This document shows positions 36,001-52,260 of a DNA stretch of 64,000 nt, piece by piece (position 1 is the stretch's first letter; each line of letters opens with the position of its first letter). The notes under the pieces were generated by a model. It searched no databases. It saw only the letters and a program-made list of their open reading frames with translations, and was not told the origin of the DNA. Position numbers and translations under genes: made by a program. The stretch lies in NCBI RefSeq assembly GCF_000150275.1, contig NW_002060945.1:817872-881871 (forward strand), given 5' to 3'. Source of the stretch: Trichoplax adhaerens. Lineage: Eukaryota; Animalia; Placozoa.

Positions 36001-39000
36001 ACGTATACGATAATACGCATCGAGTAGATTAAAAAATAATTAATTACGATTTTTCTCTTTTATATTCTCTAAAAAAGTGAAAATGATATCACAATGAAAA
36101 TTAATTAAAAAGCTTTTAGTAAATAATATTAGTTACGTTGCTGAAGGATAGAATAGAAAAGAATTATATTGCATTTCGTTTCAATACGATTCCCAAATGC
36201 TAACCTTAGTTACGATAATAACATAGCTATCCTCAAATCTCTTCATTGATAGAGGACGGAATGGTAATTTAAATAACAAGAAATTAACAACATTTATGGG
36301 AAATGATTCATTTCAAATAATAGCGCTATTGTATAATAAAACTAACATATCAAGCTTCAATATAGATAGTATGAACTGAAACCACCGTTATGATAAAGCA
36401 AAATCGATTACCTACATAATAATCAAAGCAATCGAAAGCAAAAAGAAATATTCATTTTTATTTAATCCGCTATTGTCCTAATGTGATATTCTTAGAATCG
36501 ATTTCGCGTATTACATTTCAATAACGGTTAACTTATAAAATCGGTTCTCTTACCAACTTCTTGAAGTCATCTCGTCTTTCTGCACGATTCGATCTGTACA
36601 TTTGATATCAGCATACACGTATGTAGATGTGAAACTACGTATAATGTGGCTGAAGAACGAAAAAATATAAATTGTACCTTAAATACAATTTTTTCTAACA
36701 CTTAAACTCTTTCGGGAAAACTCCCTATAAAACTCCCTATAAAATTGTTTAGGCAAACATTAATCAATCTTGAATTTTAATTAGTGAATAATTGTACATA
36801 ATTCTCCGGATTATTCGCCTATTTCATTCTACCATAGCATTGTTTTCATTATATCTATAGAATTTCGTATTTAATAAAAATTTTATCTAATTAACTTTTT
36901 GACAAATGGAAATTGTTAGTCTAACCTTTTCTTTCAGTTAAATTCTGTAAAATTTTGTTTTTTGAGGCTTAAAAGTCTACTTCTTAAACTGGTCTTCTTG
37001 GAATTATTATACATTATCGTTAGCTTAAAAGGTTACTAAATAAGATAATTACGAATTTTATGACGCCTACATACGTGGTGGTGATACAAACTAAATTATG
37101 AAATTATGGCAATGCCAACAATAATATAAAAGCAACTGTATTAATTTCATTACATCAAGTTATTGAAAGATACTATCTAAATTTATTCTGGCAATTGTTT
37201 ACTTTTCTTGACTTTATTAAGTTATTTGTTCTTAATTACGACAATTATTCGTCTTTGGTATTGTCATGGTACTGCGTTACCAATTAAATAGTTATTGATT
37301 TGTGAATAATGAATACCTTGAATAATCTAGATAAGGTCATATTCTATATTTGATATTTAATTTTGGTGAGCTTGTAATTAATATTGCAGCAGTGAAATAA
37401 TGGTATAAAATACAAAGTATTGTGAGTTAATTTACTGTAGATTGAAAGGTACGTTAAGTTCTAATAGTTGAACTGCACATGGTCGGAGGATGAGTATTTT
37501 AACACCTGATAGCCCATAGCTACTTAGGTCCCAGAATATCTACATATCTATAAGCTAAAGTACATAAATTTACTCCAGTTAACACTGAAATTCATTATAT
37601 GAATCGATTTTAGCGCCTGTGGTAGTAGAATAAAAGTAGCAATTGCTTCAGTATACAGGAGTCGTAACGTAAAGAAAAGTGTAGCAATTAATCAGTACCT
37701 GCGGAGTACAGCCGAGAAATGAAATTCTCATATTTCGCAGGCATAGAGACTGGAAATACTGGGAAAGTAGCCCTAGTTATCGTGCTTACGCTAAAGTTCT
37801 TTGCAAATCTTTCCCCATAAGTGAGCGTTGTGACAGGTACATGCAGTATAATGGTACAGTTAAATAACAGATTCTTAATATTCTACGCTAAGTTGATAAA
37901 GAACTCGATGGTAGTTTTGCTAAAAATTTTATGCTAGCTGTATTACAAAGGTTCTTTCCGACGCACCCATTATGAATACTTTGGCTGATTAATTATGGAG
38001 GTGGTATTAAATATAAAATTCAATCCCTTTTTCTTTACCTTTTCAACTCAACATAGTGCTACTTGCATATTTATTAGAGAATAACTTATAGCGATTAAAA
38101 AACATCACAAATCATTTCGTTCATTAGTTTACACGAGGACCTTCATAGGAAACACGTACAGTAGTAAGAATCACATTAAATAAAATTAGTTATAATAAAG
38201 AATGATATAATTTATTGTCAACAGTCGTTATTTAGCTGTCTATCGATCAATGATATTATAATTTATCTGGTAGGGCTGGCGATAAACAACCACAGCGAAT
38301 AAAGTAAGATGCAACAAATCTATTATCATTTACAACTAACCATTGTTGTCTGTAATCATCTCATAACGGTCTATCGAGCTACAAATATACTTGAAACGAG
38401 ATATTTGTATATAACTACGTCAAATAAAATTCATGATAAAGATACTACAGGATCATCGTTTTGTATTTGTTTCATTTATTAAAAATTAACATTACCTAAA
38501 TTATTAGCAATCATTCCGTAATTACTAACCTGGTTTTAAGCTTATAACAAATTAGTTACTAGCATATAGCCTGCAAATTGAAATTAGGTATAAGAAAGAT
38601 ACTGCATAATAATCAGATTGTAAGTTATTTGTTAACAATTAATATCATGTTGTTTATCAGCCTTTACTCTTTAACTGTTCTCCAGTGTGCATGTTTATCA
38701 GAATACTTACATAATAAATGATTATACGAAATAATAATCATCCTATAATTTACTTTGCTAATAAAAGCATCACGTTATCCTAGCTGATTATTCCATAACT
38801 GCTTCCCAGGCTGTAAGTTTCTCAGAAGAGGGCTAGAGTATGGTTGTGTCAAATGAAGTTGAATATGCCGTAACAGCAATAAAGATACTTTAGAATAATT
38901 AGGTCATAATTTATTGGCGAATAATTAAAATCAAGTTATTATCGCCACTTATTCTTTAATTGTTTCTTAAAGTAAAAAGTTAATAATAAGGCTACCTCGA

Positions 39001-42000
39001 AGGTTTAATAAAAATCACTAAAATTTATCGTCTTTATAATAACAACAGCCCTTCTATAATTGGCAACTTTTTTGTAGATTATATGAATTTCAAAAAAGTA
39101 ACTTAATAGTTACTAACCATAGCTAATTAATACAGTATGAATAAGATCAGGTAAGCTATGGAAAGTACTTAAAACCAATCATCATGTTGAAAATGTCTAT
39201 TAAATCATGCATTTATAAGAAATTAGTTTATAGTAAATAATTATGGTAGATAAGGTAAAGCAATATATGATAATAATCCTATAATTTACAGCTAGTAATC
39301 ATTTTCAGCTGTTATCCTGAAATTGTCTATCGAATTACGTATTTATAAGAAATTAGATGATGATAGGTAATCATACCCTATGAGGTTAAGGAACATAATA
39401 TAGATCTTATAGTTTACAGCAAATTGTTACGTAAATACTCATAGTCTTTGTATATATATATTGTCAAATCTGTAGATTAATAATTAATAAATTGATGGTA
39501 AAGGTTCGTATCAATGAAAATGAGCGCGTTGTCTTAGTTAATTTTAGAGAAGAAATCGTTTGTTACGAATAATATCAATATCTATTCTTTAAATACTAAT
39601 TTAATACTTCTACTTAATGTAAGGATTCCATACTTCTGTAAATATTACCAATACGCTATGACAATGTGCATACAGATCTAATCAAAGATTTTATACTTCT
39701 TAATACTTTAATTACCATTGATAGACTAGTTAACCGGTTAGAACTCCTTATTCATCGGTGATATAAAGTGTCACCCTCCATAATGGATAGTATACAATAG
39801 ATAGCACCATACTATTTACGTAAGTAACTAAAAGTATTTAATAATTAATTAACAAGAGACGGTCAAGATTGGATTAATAGATCGGTTGGCCGAAAAATAT
39901 TATTCTCGATTTACTCTAATTTATGTTGTGTTGATGATACCACATCTGCTGTTATGACGTTCTCATTACAATTAGCTTAATAATTAATTAATAGATCTAT
40001 TAGGTTATAAGAGTCATTTGTAAGATACCTTACGACTCATTTAGAATTTGAAATATATTTTCTTATTTTGGATGTCATTATTTTAGTCTTTGTAGTTTAA
40101 TTGCGTAAATTTATAATATAATCTATGCTGTAAACAAATTTATTTCATTTAATCGATACAATTTATAAATAATAGCTTGCTCTGAATTTCATCCTTTTTC
40201 TTAGGGTCTGTTATAAAATTTGCAGCTACACTGCAGCAATCAATCTTTATTTTTCACTACCTGTTTAGTGGATTAAGAAAAAATGAACATCAAAATATAA
40301 AAATTTCATAAATAGCTTACACTTACAAATTCTATCTAGTTCAGTTCTCTAGTGTGATACAGTATTACTTAATGTGGATTTTTTCTCTGTAATAACATTA
40401 AGCTATAATACAGCGATTGTAATTAAGTAAATAACATTAAAATTATACTGTTTCACAGCCAAACATAAATTTGGCCGCTCCTGAATAAGTCAGTCGATGA
40501 GTTATAATGCTGTCTTGATAAATGCCGAAATTGAACAATGAATGATTGGAAATGCCTAAAGTAATTGACATATAAAATATCATGAAAGAAAATGATATAA
40601 TATTTCTCTTTCATATTTATCTTTGATAACGTCTCGAACATTTTTAATGACCGCACCCATAGAATATGCAGTATTTGTCCTACACGGAAAAGATAGCAGC
40701 TGCAAAATAATGTATGGTATTTATTAACAAATTAATGAAGAATATTATGAATATTACTAATTTATTGACAGCCTGTCATCAGCTGATTTGAAAAAAGGAT
40801 TTAACTTTAAAAATACTAAAATAAAGACATTTTCCATTATCATTGTTAAAATTAATTAGCATTAAAAATTTTACCGGAACTACTAACGTGCGACCGGCAA
40901 TTGATTTATTTTCTGCAATGTTTTAAAAAAATTAAAAATGATACCATAAAGCAGCTGCAAATATAGTCAAATCTCTCATAATACGATTGCTATATGAAAT
41001 ATCAATATCTTAACCAGGCATACTATTGATTGAAAGTATAGTAGTAATTATTGAAGAAGGAGGCGCTATGGCAGTTTAAGTAGGAAACTAACCATACGTA
41101 GTAAAATCGTCGTTAGCAGGTGAAAATTACTAGTTGTGATAGCTTATAGTATCCCCAATATGTACAATGCAACAGTGTTACCATGCATTGACTAATATTA
41201 ATTCACTCTGTTCGCCACTATCATAGAAGTATCCAAAGTTCAGAAATTTTACCTATTAGGGTCTAATGCATGTTTCAAAATAATATTACTATGGCTAAAA
41301 CTAAACTCAAAAGAATATATTAAAATTTTTCTAGTACAGTAGGGTAAATAAACAATACATAAATGACTATACTAATCGAAGACATGCAGTACATCAAATT
41401 AAGATTATGCAAGTAAAAACTCTTTATGCTCTTTTATCATGTCGCTACTTTCATTGACATGTTACTTTACAGAAAATAAATTAATTAAGCACTGTCCTTT
41501 GCTTAGGCTATAGATGTGTATTTGCATTAATGTCTTTAAAATTTAATCAACATTTAATTATCACATTAATTTTCTAGCATACGTAGCATGATTAAGACTT
41601 ATTATGGAAATATTTATCATAAGAGTACTATAGCTATAACGCGTTTCTCCAAGGTAAATGTTAACTGATAGTACCTCTGAATTTTCATTATTCTTCATAT
41701 AAGAATATGTATTAATGATGTTAAAACTTAATCGGTAATTAGTTAACCTGTCAATTTTTTAATAGCTTAGTTTAGAATTATTTCGGAAATAATTAATAGA
41801 CTGATATTAGAAATGATAACATGAATCTCTAGGGCAACAATTTGCTGCTGTGCCATCAGAATAACTTCTAACTTGTAATCATGATTATTTGAAATCAATT
41901 TTCTCTAACAAAGAAAGCAACAACCTAATTTCAAGACGTTACAATGGAAATTGTAACAAAATATCATCTTTCTAATTGTATCCGTCTGTATAGATAATTA

Positions 42001-45000
42001 TCTTATTAGGGCATAACTCTGGTAATCAAGAGATAGGCTTATCATAAATTACCAAAAATGCTATCAGTCTTTTATGATGGCTACCAGCTGGATTATGACA
42101 CACGTATTTTCACGCTCTTATTCAATTTTGATTAACTGTACTAATACAAAGTGTATTACATTTAAGTCTTTGTAAGTTTAAGGTAAATAATTCATACTAT
42201 GCTGTACACAAATCGAGTTCCCAATAATTAATTTATGACTATCCACACCAAAAGCGTAACACGATTATTTTATGCGTTTACTAATTATTCAACTCTGCCA
42301 AGCTAGATAATTAATGTATCCGTTAATATTTTTGTTGTTTGGAAGATCATTTCAATTTAAATCTGAAAAATAAAACATTACCTACTAATGACTGTTTTTT
42401 TTCTACTTAATTCATCAGTTACATCAATTATTATGACTCAAAATAACATAATTTTATTTTAATAACGTAATAGAGATTAAAGTTACCGATAGATTATAAT
42501 TTAGAATCTACTGTAGCGTTATATACAACGATTTCATAGCATACATAGTAACGATATAAATTTTAAAGATGTTTTAATATTACAGTATCAGGATAGGGCT
42601 TACAATATGTTTTAATTGGAAAATATCTCACGACACGAAGTAGGTAAAGTCTCCAACATTACTAAATTTTCAAAGTTAATATGGCATCCTAACCATTATA
42701 CTCGATAAAAATACAATCTAACCTATGATCCTTATTTCTTCTATTTATCGACGATAAAGGTAGATAATCAGTAAAATTATCGTAGCCTTACAGTCAGGAA
42801 TTAAGCGGACAAAATACGCTAATTCTTAAGTCCTAAATGCCGTTAATATCTATTGTAGCCACATATACCCCAAGTCTACTTTTGATCAGATTTCTATAAC
42901 TACGAGCAATGATAGTGTATTGTTGTCATCAGCTAGTACGATGCATCAACTGTGTATTTACATTTACGTAAATTAACGCTAATGACCTGATCATGAAATT
43001 ATATTGTGTACAAATATTTATTAATACCTAATATGATTCATACAGATTTGAAATTAACACAGAGATCGGAATCTATGCAAACAATAATCCTTTATTCGTA
43101 GATATATTACTCTGTTATGTTATATTTCCTTTTACACGTATTTCTTTAACAATTATCACGTCTTTAATATAAGAAAAACTAGTACAAACTCACGTCGCTT
43201 TGCTGACGGTTTACGATAACGTGCCCATTTGTTAATAATTAACAGATAGTATTACCATTCGACATCATATATATCCCGGTAATAGCCAGGCACTACTATA
43301 TTCACAACTATGCTTGTAGAATACTACTTTTCAATAATGCATTCACGGATGAAATACTATGAAATGCTACATTAAGATTAGTTTTAATGGTCCAAAGCAC
43401 ATTATGATAACTAATGTACGGTGATGGACATACCAAGTTAAGATTAGCAGGTACTGTAAGATATCTACAGTGCGGTTCAATGTCCTTAGTATTGTGGTCA
43501 ATTCTATACCAATCATTGTAATGTGTCTAAGGATCGCTTGCGTATGCAAGCAAAGCTTGCTCTGTCGATAACAACCGTTATAAGAAAATGTAACAATCAA
43601 AATGGCTGTGTAGAAAACTCTATAAAGATTCTATGTTTATTTAATTTTCATCTGAGTATTACATCAAATCAAAATTGAAAGGCCCAGTGGCCACCCTTAG
43701 CGATCTAACGAATACCATTTTAAAAATCAGTACTCTGTAGAAATTACTACCTTAGAGCTATTCGTTTTACAAGAAGAAATCTTGAGGTAAAAAGTACTGT
43801 AAGAATCTTATACTGACCTATTGAAATTAATTAAGACCATAAGGCTATAGGAAAGTTGTTTAAATTGCATGCTAGACTGTTAGATTATACAAGTGTCGAA
43901 ATGTTTGCATTACTTATTTAGATAATTCTGTTGAGATATTTATAAACTATGGTAAGAATGTTAGTACTGTCACCATTATATTGTTAAGATGTTTAAAATA
44001 GAGGCGTGAATAATAAATAGCTCGCGCGATTATAAACTGTTATCTTGCGATTTAATTGGCAAGATATGACTGTAATGTGTAAAATTTATCCTGTAACAAA
44101 GGGTATATATAAAACACGAGCTTTCGCTGTAATGAGATTGTCCACATATTCTAGAATTAGTCCTCGGTGAATAAAACGAACCGATTTAGGTCATGAAGTG
44201 AACCTTACAAGAAACTGTAGTTCTTGTTGTTATACTTTTGAGGAGACACTTTATCACAATGACCTACGATTAACCACGGCTCTAAAGTTATCATCTAGTG
44301 CTTAGAATAGTTAATGTTGGAATAATAAAGATACTTTGTCTTCTAGAGCATAAATTTAACTAATATAATCACCATTCAATCAGTGAGCATGAATATCTAA
44401 TAGATCAATAGATAAATAAAATAAAATAACTTGCTTTATCTATATTATCTCATGGAATAAACTACCGTAAAGGATAGATAGTCAAATTTGATGAATTTAA
44501 AAGTCTTTTTTGGTAATTAAAATTAAATGCCTACAGTAGGAATCACTATTGCTTTAATTTGCTATCGTAAATTATATGTTCTACTAAAATAAGAATTCTA
44601 ATTGAGATTAGTTGATTATAGTACGATCCTTTGTAATCGTAATCCTGATTGATAGTAGATTATAGGTTATGCTATAAATGATTCTATGATGTGCATACTT
44701 GTATTCTGGTTATCTGAAATGAGTCAGTAGATGCTCATATATGTAAATATTGTATATACAATTATAAATATATATGTATAACTATTGTATAGATTTAATT
44801 ATTGAGCAACAATTATTCGATTGAAAGTTAGGGTGAATCGCCAAAGTTATCACTTGTAGCCGTTGCTGCTGAAGAGTACCGTATGTAAGCTCAGCAGATT
44901 GTTTGATTAAAATCAGTTCTCTAGTTTTGAATCATAAAAGTAAAGCGTCAAAGTTCCGAGAATGCCTGAAACTCAAAGATTTGTTTTCTATGAACTTTGT

Positions 45001-48000
45001 TACGAAATTGGCGTATAACAATTATGCTTGAATTTATGTAATAGTATTTCAATAATACAGTATCTTCAAGACCTATATGACGTTTAGAAATGTTAGCCAT
45101 ATGCTTAATTACCGTAATTTTCATTAAACTAATAAATAACTGTAAATTTTATAGAATTTTCAAAAATTTCGTGAAATTAGTATCAATGAATCAAAGGGGA
45201 GTAATCGTCATACTACTATTATTATCTCTAAATTCTCACGTAAGTCCTTTAAAGGAGCCCTTTATGTATTTAGGTGCTGCAGTTGAATAAAGGGGACCTC
45301 ATGGAGGATTAATCACTTTGCATAGAAATCAGATTTAATTAAGCAAGATTTTGAAATATCGCCATATTGTCTACATATCCATTAAATTTTATAATAAATA
45401 GGCGTAATATCGTATTAACATCAAAATAGAGTTAAATGATGCAAATATCGATCTTTGAAGAATCTGCTAGTATAGTTATTTAATTTTATTAGTGGCTTAA
45501 ATTAATAGATATAACTTTTCGTGGATTATTAATGTAACTTACTCAAGGGGTTGTGCTAGTTATAAACTTATAATTGGCAGAATTATAACACTGACGTCAA
45601 AAGTACCCCTGGAAACAAGTTGTTTGTAAGTATTTATGATTCACCTTCATTGATATGATTTCAATCTATTTACTAGAACGGCCTTATCAAACGATCATTC
45701 TCAAATATTCTTATCTGTTAATCAGCTATAATCGCAGGATTTTTCTGTAACTTATGATAGTTCAGGCTAACAATCAGATTCAATTTTGTTTCTTTCATCG
45801 ATAAATTGGGCATGTAATTTGACAAAAGATTTAATTAATTTATGCTGTTTACGTGCAATTTCTGTATTATATTTAATCTTTTTGGCGTCGGACTAATGAA
45901 ATTAGATAGGGATAGAATGAATGGAGTTAATTGCAAGATGAGCATAAGAGTATAGGTTTTATTTCTATACATAGTAATTACATCCTAATACCATCTTGAT
46001 TTATCTTTCTTCCTGCCTAATGCAGAATACTAGTGGTAAATAATAATTTATAGTGGGATAAGCACTTAAAAAATCCATCTGATCAATTAGCTTATCATAG
46101 TCACATTATATTACTTGCTGCACGGTTGCATAATCTCAGTGGCTATTACTGAATATGGCACATTACCAAAATTGATCCATATCAAGGATTGCCTAAACAT
46201 CTTTTCCGTCTAAATTCTATTCATAAAGAAAAATGCTTCTATTCCATTTAGCTTAAGAATAAATAATTTCTTTCAATACCAATCAAAGTCAATTACCTAT
46301 ATCAATAATGACTTTACATATTTCATCATTCATGGGTACAAATTTTAATAACATTATCCAAATTATAGAATAGAATAATTAGTGCATGTTTATTTCCTTT
46401 TAAAAACGTAAATTTGACGAATAAATAATCATATTAATCAGTCTGTTTATACAATGTGAACAAAACGATACGACGTGTATTTTAGTTTTGATTAGATTTT
46501 ACTGAGAATAAACTTTAAAGTACAGTATAATGTCTACGTTATTAAATTAAAAACTTTAAAATCAATCAGAAATTTCATTAATCGACATATCGGTAGACTT
46601 AGCAAATGCAGTAAACCTATGAAACTATTTTCAGTAATAGAATTTGCTGTAAATACGCATAGGATACCGCATTTTAAAGTTATTTGCCAGAGCGACAGTT
46701 TTTCATGTCGGAATACTGGTATTAAGCTACCATTAACTTCTCAATAATTCTATATGCTCATACAGCTGCATAGTGTGAATATTATCTGCCTAGGATAAGA
46801 AAGAATATTATATCTGTTATAAATTTATCAGTCGAAACTTCTGTATCTATATTTGCAATATTATAAGGCTTAATAGAAAAAGCATTGATATTCATAGATA
46901 GTTATTGTAGTAATTAATCATAATGCTACTACGTTTCCGTAAGATCTTAAACTTTGCTGCTAAATAATAAACATACTAAATAATAAATATGTATCTGTAG
47001 AAACCATGACAATTTTATGATATAGCTTATTGTAGGATTAATTTACTCAGTAGATTCTTGTTTAAAACATTGACGAGAGATAATAAAAATTACCGTCACC
47101 CTTATGGTAATCTCATCGCAAAATACTCTAGCTATAACATGCCATATGGCTTTAGAGGTAATTTCATTAGTATTAAACTAGACCATAAGAATACCATATA
47201 CGTTTGCGTTAGATTGCTTTAGTAAATCATAGTAAGATGAATGATTATAGTTATATGAACAATTAAGCAAAGTGTATTACAAAAGTCTCAATCCATTAAT
47301 AATTGTATCATACATTACTCAGTATGGATTCTACATGATATTGCATTATGATGATAGGAGTCAAAGTGGGACTAACATGGAAGCTAAAGTGGCTTTATTT
47401 GCTCTTACGAAGGTAGCGATTATGCGTAGTCCCACATGATGACTCTCATGCGATAAGTAAAATTTCATCAGATTGTTTAATTAATTTTTCTACGCCAGTA
47501 TCGCCCTACACTATTTTTATCACAAATGCAATCATAATCTAAAATTATCCATATGTCAGTCCTCCACACTCAAAATAAATACTGGTAATGTTATTGTGCT
47601 GAGAAGGCAGTCAATAATGAGATATACTTAATTCTTACTTTATAACATATAAAAATGTAAATTCTAAATCCTACGATAATTGAAATTAATTTAATAATCT
47701 TTTCACATTGTCTACTTGTTTAAATGCCATACGCAATGCTAAATGACTTGAATATATAAACATGTTATGATATTTATTGTTGGTTTGATATTGTCCTGTA
47801 CTGTAATTTATTCTGAGGTTGATACTGACCATGAATTAAGAGATTCTAGTGCACTACTATAGGCTCAGAATATCATATGCTTCGATATGTACATGAAAAT
47901 GTTATTTTACTTTCTTATGTTCTTTTAGACATATTGTACATGGCTTTCCTTTGGTCATATCAGTTAATATTCAAACGAAGAGATGAAAGTTATATGAAAG

Positions 48001-51000
48001 CTAACGATTCTATACTTGCTTTATAGTTCAAATGATTCATCTATAGGTTGTTATTTATCTTACTTTAAATTAGTCAAAGATTATACTGTACACCCTACCT
48101 TTTTGTCGCATTTTTTACACAATTGCTGTAAGAAAAAGATAGACTGCCAGAATAGATCACATCAGTTTCAAATTCATCACCAACAGCATTTTATCTCTTA
48201 GTGATTAGGTTTGCAAACCTTGATCAACAGCCGAGTAAGTCAGGAAATAATTAGTCAGACGTATGATGATACAAAATCATATGAAGGGGAAATCTGAGTT
48301 GTGGTTTCAATCTTTATTAGCTATCGTATAATTTATAATTTATATTCACGACTATATGAACTGTTGACCTTCGCAGCACTTAGATCAGGCTATTGAAGGA
48401 TTACAAGATCATCCCTATCTGATTTCGTACATTAATTAATTGGCAATTGCACATATTGTAGTTATACAAGTACTTAACCGATACGCAAATTCCGATATTC
48501 TTTAAGTTATCAAATTAGTCCTGTAGTTATATGATAATTCTTTTTAAGAAACATTTCCTGCAGCTGTAGTAATCACAATCACATCATCAGGAAATTTAGA
48601 TTTAATAACTGTTATGGAGCTTGATGCTCCATGATAAGTGGCTAGTAGTAAAGTTGCTAATGAGAATGACTGTAAAGATTATAATTAATCTCGCAATATA
48701 TAATTTAATGTGATAGATTAGCACCGGAGTATTTGTGTGACATAGGAGATTGTATATAAGCCTGATTATTAATTTTTAATCTCAGTTCTACTGAGGCTAC
48801 GCTAGAGTACACTGGTAATAAGTTGTAATAGTTATTAATAAAATATTTAATGACCTAAATTTGTCGTTGGACTCGTTTTCTATAGTATAGGAATAAGTTA
48901 GTTTTCCTTTACTGAGGATCTCCGGAGTTAGTCTAGGAACCTTAAGAGTAGATAGTTTAGTTCAGGAACGATCACGAAAGCTGTTTTGTGACAATAACTA
49001 AAAGTTTTGCCAACTTCGTCCTCGGTATACTGCATGCATGATCGAAACTATCAATAGCCAGTTTTATAATGAATTCAACTATAGTACGATCGTGTGTAAC
49101 ATTGCATAAATATTGTGTAATAACTAGAGTATATCCAGTTGGCTGTGGATATTCCTTACAGCTACATCAATGAGTGACCGTCCGGAATCGTAAATCAGGA
49201 CGAAGTGCATTAAATATCAATTCAAAATTTTTCTGTTATTAGCATATTTGTAACTTCCTAAATGTTGACTTGCCAAGGTATTGACTATGTTGTTATTAAT
49301 AAGATCTTAATCTAGGACTAACTAGCAAATGATCAGTTCACGACTAATCGTGGCAAAAAGAGGAAATTTTTTATTAATACAACTGTAATTAGATAGATTT
49401 ATTATATTACGATGATAAAGATCAGTAGAAGTAATTGAGATTAGAACTTGGAAACAAGGTGGTCATAACAATATTGCATTGAAATTATTTAATTGATGAT
49501 AACAGTGAAACTAACTTTATGATTATTAGCATCAATAATTGTAATATATAGAATAAATTGAACGTCAAGTTAGTAAAATTTATTGTACACGAGTACAATA
49601 AAAATTAAGAGGTAACGATAACAATTTTTCATAAAATAATAGTTCAATATCCAAATATACTATGATACTTAATAGATGATAACTTCTAAGCTCAAAAAAT
49701 ACAACGCTATACCTTAATATAACAATCATAAAATGGTCTTTTTGACATCTGAATCAATCCGAAAAAACAGCCAACAATAATGATAAAAATAAAACCGGAT
49801 AATTTTACTATTATCATCGACGTTGTACAATACGCATTATCCATCCTATTTTCACCGAGCGGTCAGAGTTAATATGACTACTGATCGTTGTTTCAACTTT
49901 GTCTCTTGCACTACCATCATCAACGAATATCAGGTGATGCGAATAAAAACATTTCCATTCAATCGAGTAAGTCACAATCTAACCATCGACCAACTATGCC
50001 AATATAACCATGATTATATTGTTGTAACACAAATAGAAGACTTTAACATTAAATAATGGATTGTTATCATTACTCTGACTACGATACTCCTAAGGCCGCC
50101 TTTCTCTAAATAGAATAATATTATTATTGAAATAATAATGGACAATGATTAATATCTGATAGATTCAACGACTTGCAGTTGTTATCGTTGTAATATAAGA
50201 TAAGTAATAGCGAGCTAATAAAACGTCGTGATAGCGAATAATTAATAACTGATAACGATAACAATACTAATAATATTAATAATAATATCATAATTAAGAA
50301 TGGTGTTAGGAAGAGGAAATACAACATACAGGGTAAAAACTTAGAGGATAAAAGTATACTAAATGTTATTCAAAAATAAGTTCAGTAAATGTTAACAAGG
50401 GACAATAACAAATAAAACAATTTTTCTTCGCCATAGAACAAAGGAAAAATTTTAATTTTATGGTTAACCTTTTTCCTCATTAAGTATATAACTTGCATAG
50501 AGAATAATAAAATTTATACTTTATCGTATGAAATAACGCTATACTGCAACATTAATAACGATGTGATCTTTCAAGGGAGTAAAACAAGTGAGACACAGAT
50601 CTAATAAAATTTTACATAAGTGACACGGCTTTGATAAGCGGTTAGATAACATACATAATGTTGATAATGAAAGTGCAGAGAATAAAACGTTAATCATAAT
50701 ACGAATAATCAGCTTAAATCAATCCTACTCCATATAATATCAAATCTTAAAAAATGAGATCAAAATCGTTCGTATTAGTAAAATATGACGAGTGTTGTTA
50801 ACTTAATACACAAGAGATTCATTAAACTGCCATCAATACAGCAATAACAAGTAACAAAATATCAAATTAAAAATTATTCTAAATTGAGGGTTTGAATAAA
50901 CGATAAATACCATAGATAGCAATATCAGAATATTGATAATTATAAGTTGATAATACAGAATAGAAATTATTCTTCTTACGAGAATAGAATCTTAATAATT

Positions 51001-52069
51001 ATGGTGATACCATCATTGTAGTGTTGTATATTTCAAGTAATTAATAGGAAATTGCCTTTGAAATACAATCATAATTATGTTACTATCGTGACATGAAGGT
51101 TAACCCATATATCCACAATAACACTTCCTATGAATTCGAATAGCCATAATAACTATTTTAGATCAATTACTATCGGTATTAACACAGTAAATTGTTATCA
51201 TAAAATGATATAAACCATATCGATAAAGGAAATAATTATTAGTTAAGACACTTAAATTCCCGTTCTCCAGGGTTACTCGAACATGTTAAATCATATTGAT
51301 TCGTGTACTACTATCATCATCACAAGATCTATAATAGCCAATCTCTTGATACTATCTTAGCGTTGAAATAACTTGATAATATCATTAATAAAATCATGTT
51401 ACATAAATCAGCAGCGTATGACGAGTTGGAAAATACCTGCTATGCGAGAAGCATAACCAAAAGCTCAAAAAGGCTTATATAACTCATAAAACACATAACA
51501 ATGAAGCTAAACTTGATAAATAGTATCATGTTAACAGGTAGCTTACTTCAAGAAAACAACGAGCATCTTCATCTTTATAGATTACAGTTGTGATCAGCGT
51601 TACTACAACCGTAATCTAAAATGCTAAAGTTATGCAATGATGACAGTTATAATGGCAGTTTATGGTTATGTAAACGTGATATAAAATAGACTAGTCCTAA
51701 TAATTTTGTTCCATATAGAAATTCTCGCAGTTGTGAAATACTCAAATAAGATCAATGTTCATGATGACAATACCATAAAGTGTTATGTAAGATATAATGA
51801 TGTAACACAGGCTTTGGTAAATAGATTTAAATCTTGACACATGGGCTGGTCTTATACGATTGACCGGAAATAAAGTCAATTGTTACTACCGTCAGAAATG
51901 ATACGCAAATAGGTATATATATCAAGTTATAAATGGTAATAACAAGTAAAAAGATTATCGAAATGAATACTTTTCTTAACAAAGCAATAACGATGCCGAT
52001 GCAGTATAATAAGAGGGACGAACTATGATAAATTTTTTTGGAAGGAATAAGAACTAATAAAGTAACATT

Positions 52070-52260
52070 CATACTACTACAGTAGTAGTAGCAGCAATAA
52101 TAATAATAATAATAATAATAACGATAATAATAACAATAATAATAATGTTAATAATAGTAATGGTGGTTTTAATAACATAATATTAATGTGGATAATAATA
52201 ATTATATCAATAATAATAATAACGATAACAGCAATAATATTAAACTGTTCTTATAATAAT
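52070..52260. repeat. (AAT)n-rich low-complexity/microsatellite tract
   Basis: aataataataataat... with interruptions. Confidence 0.85.
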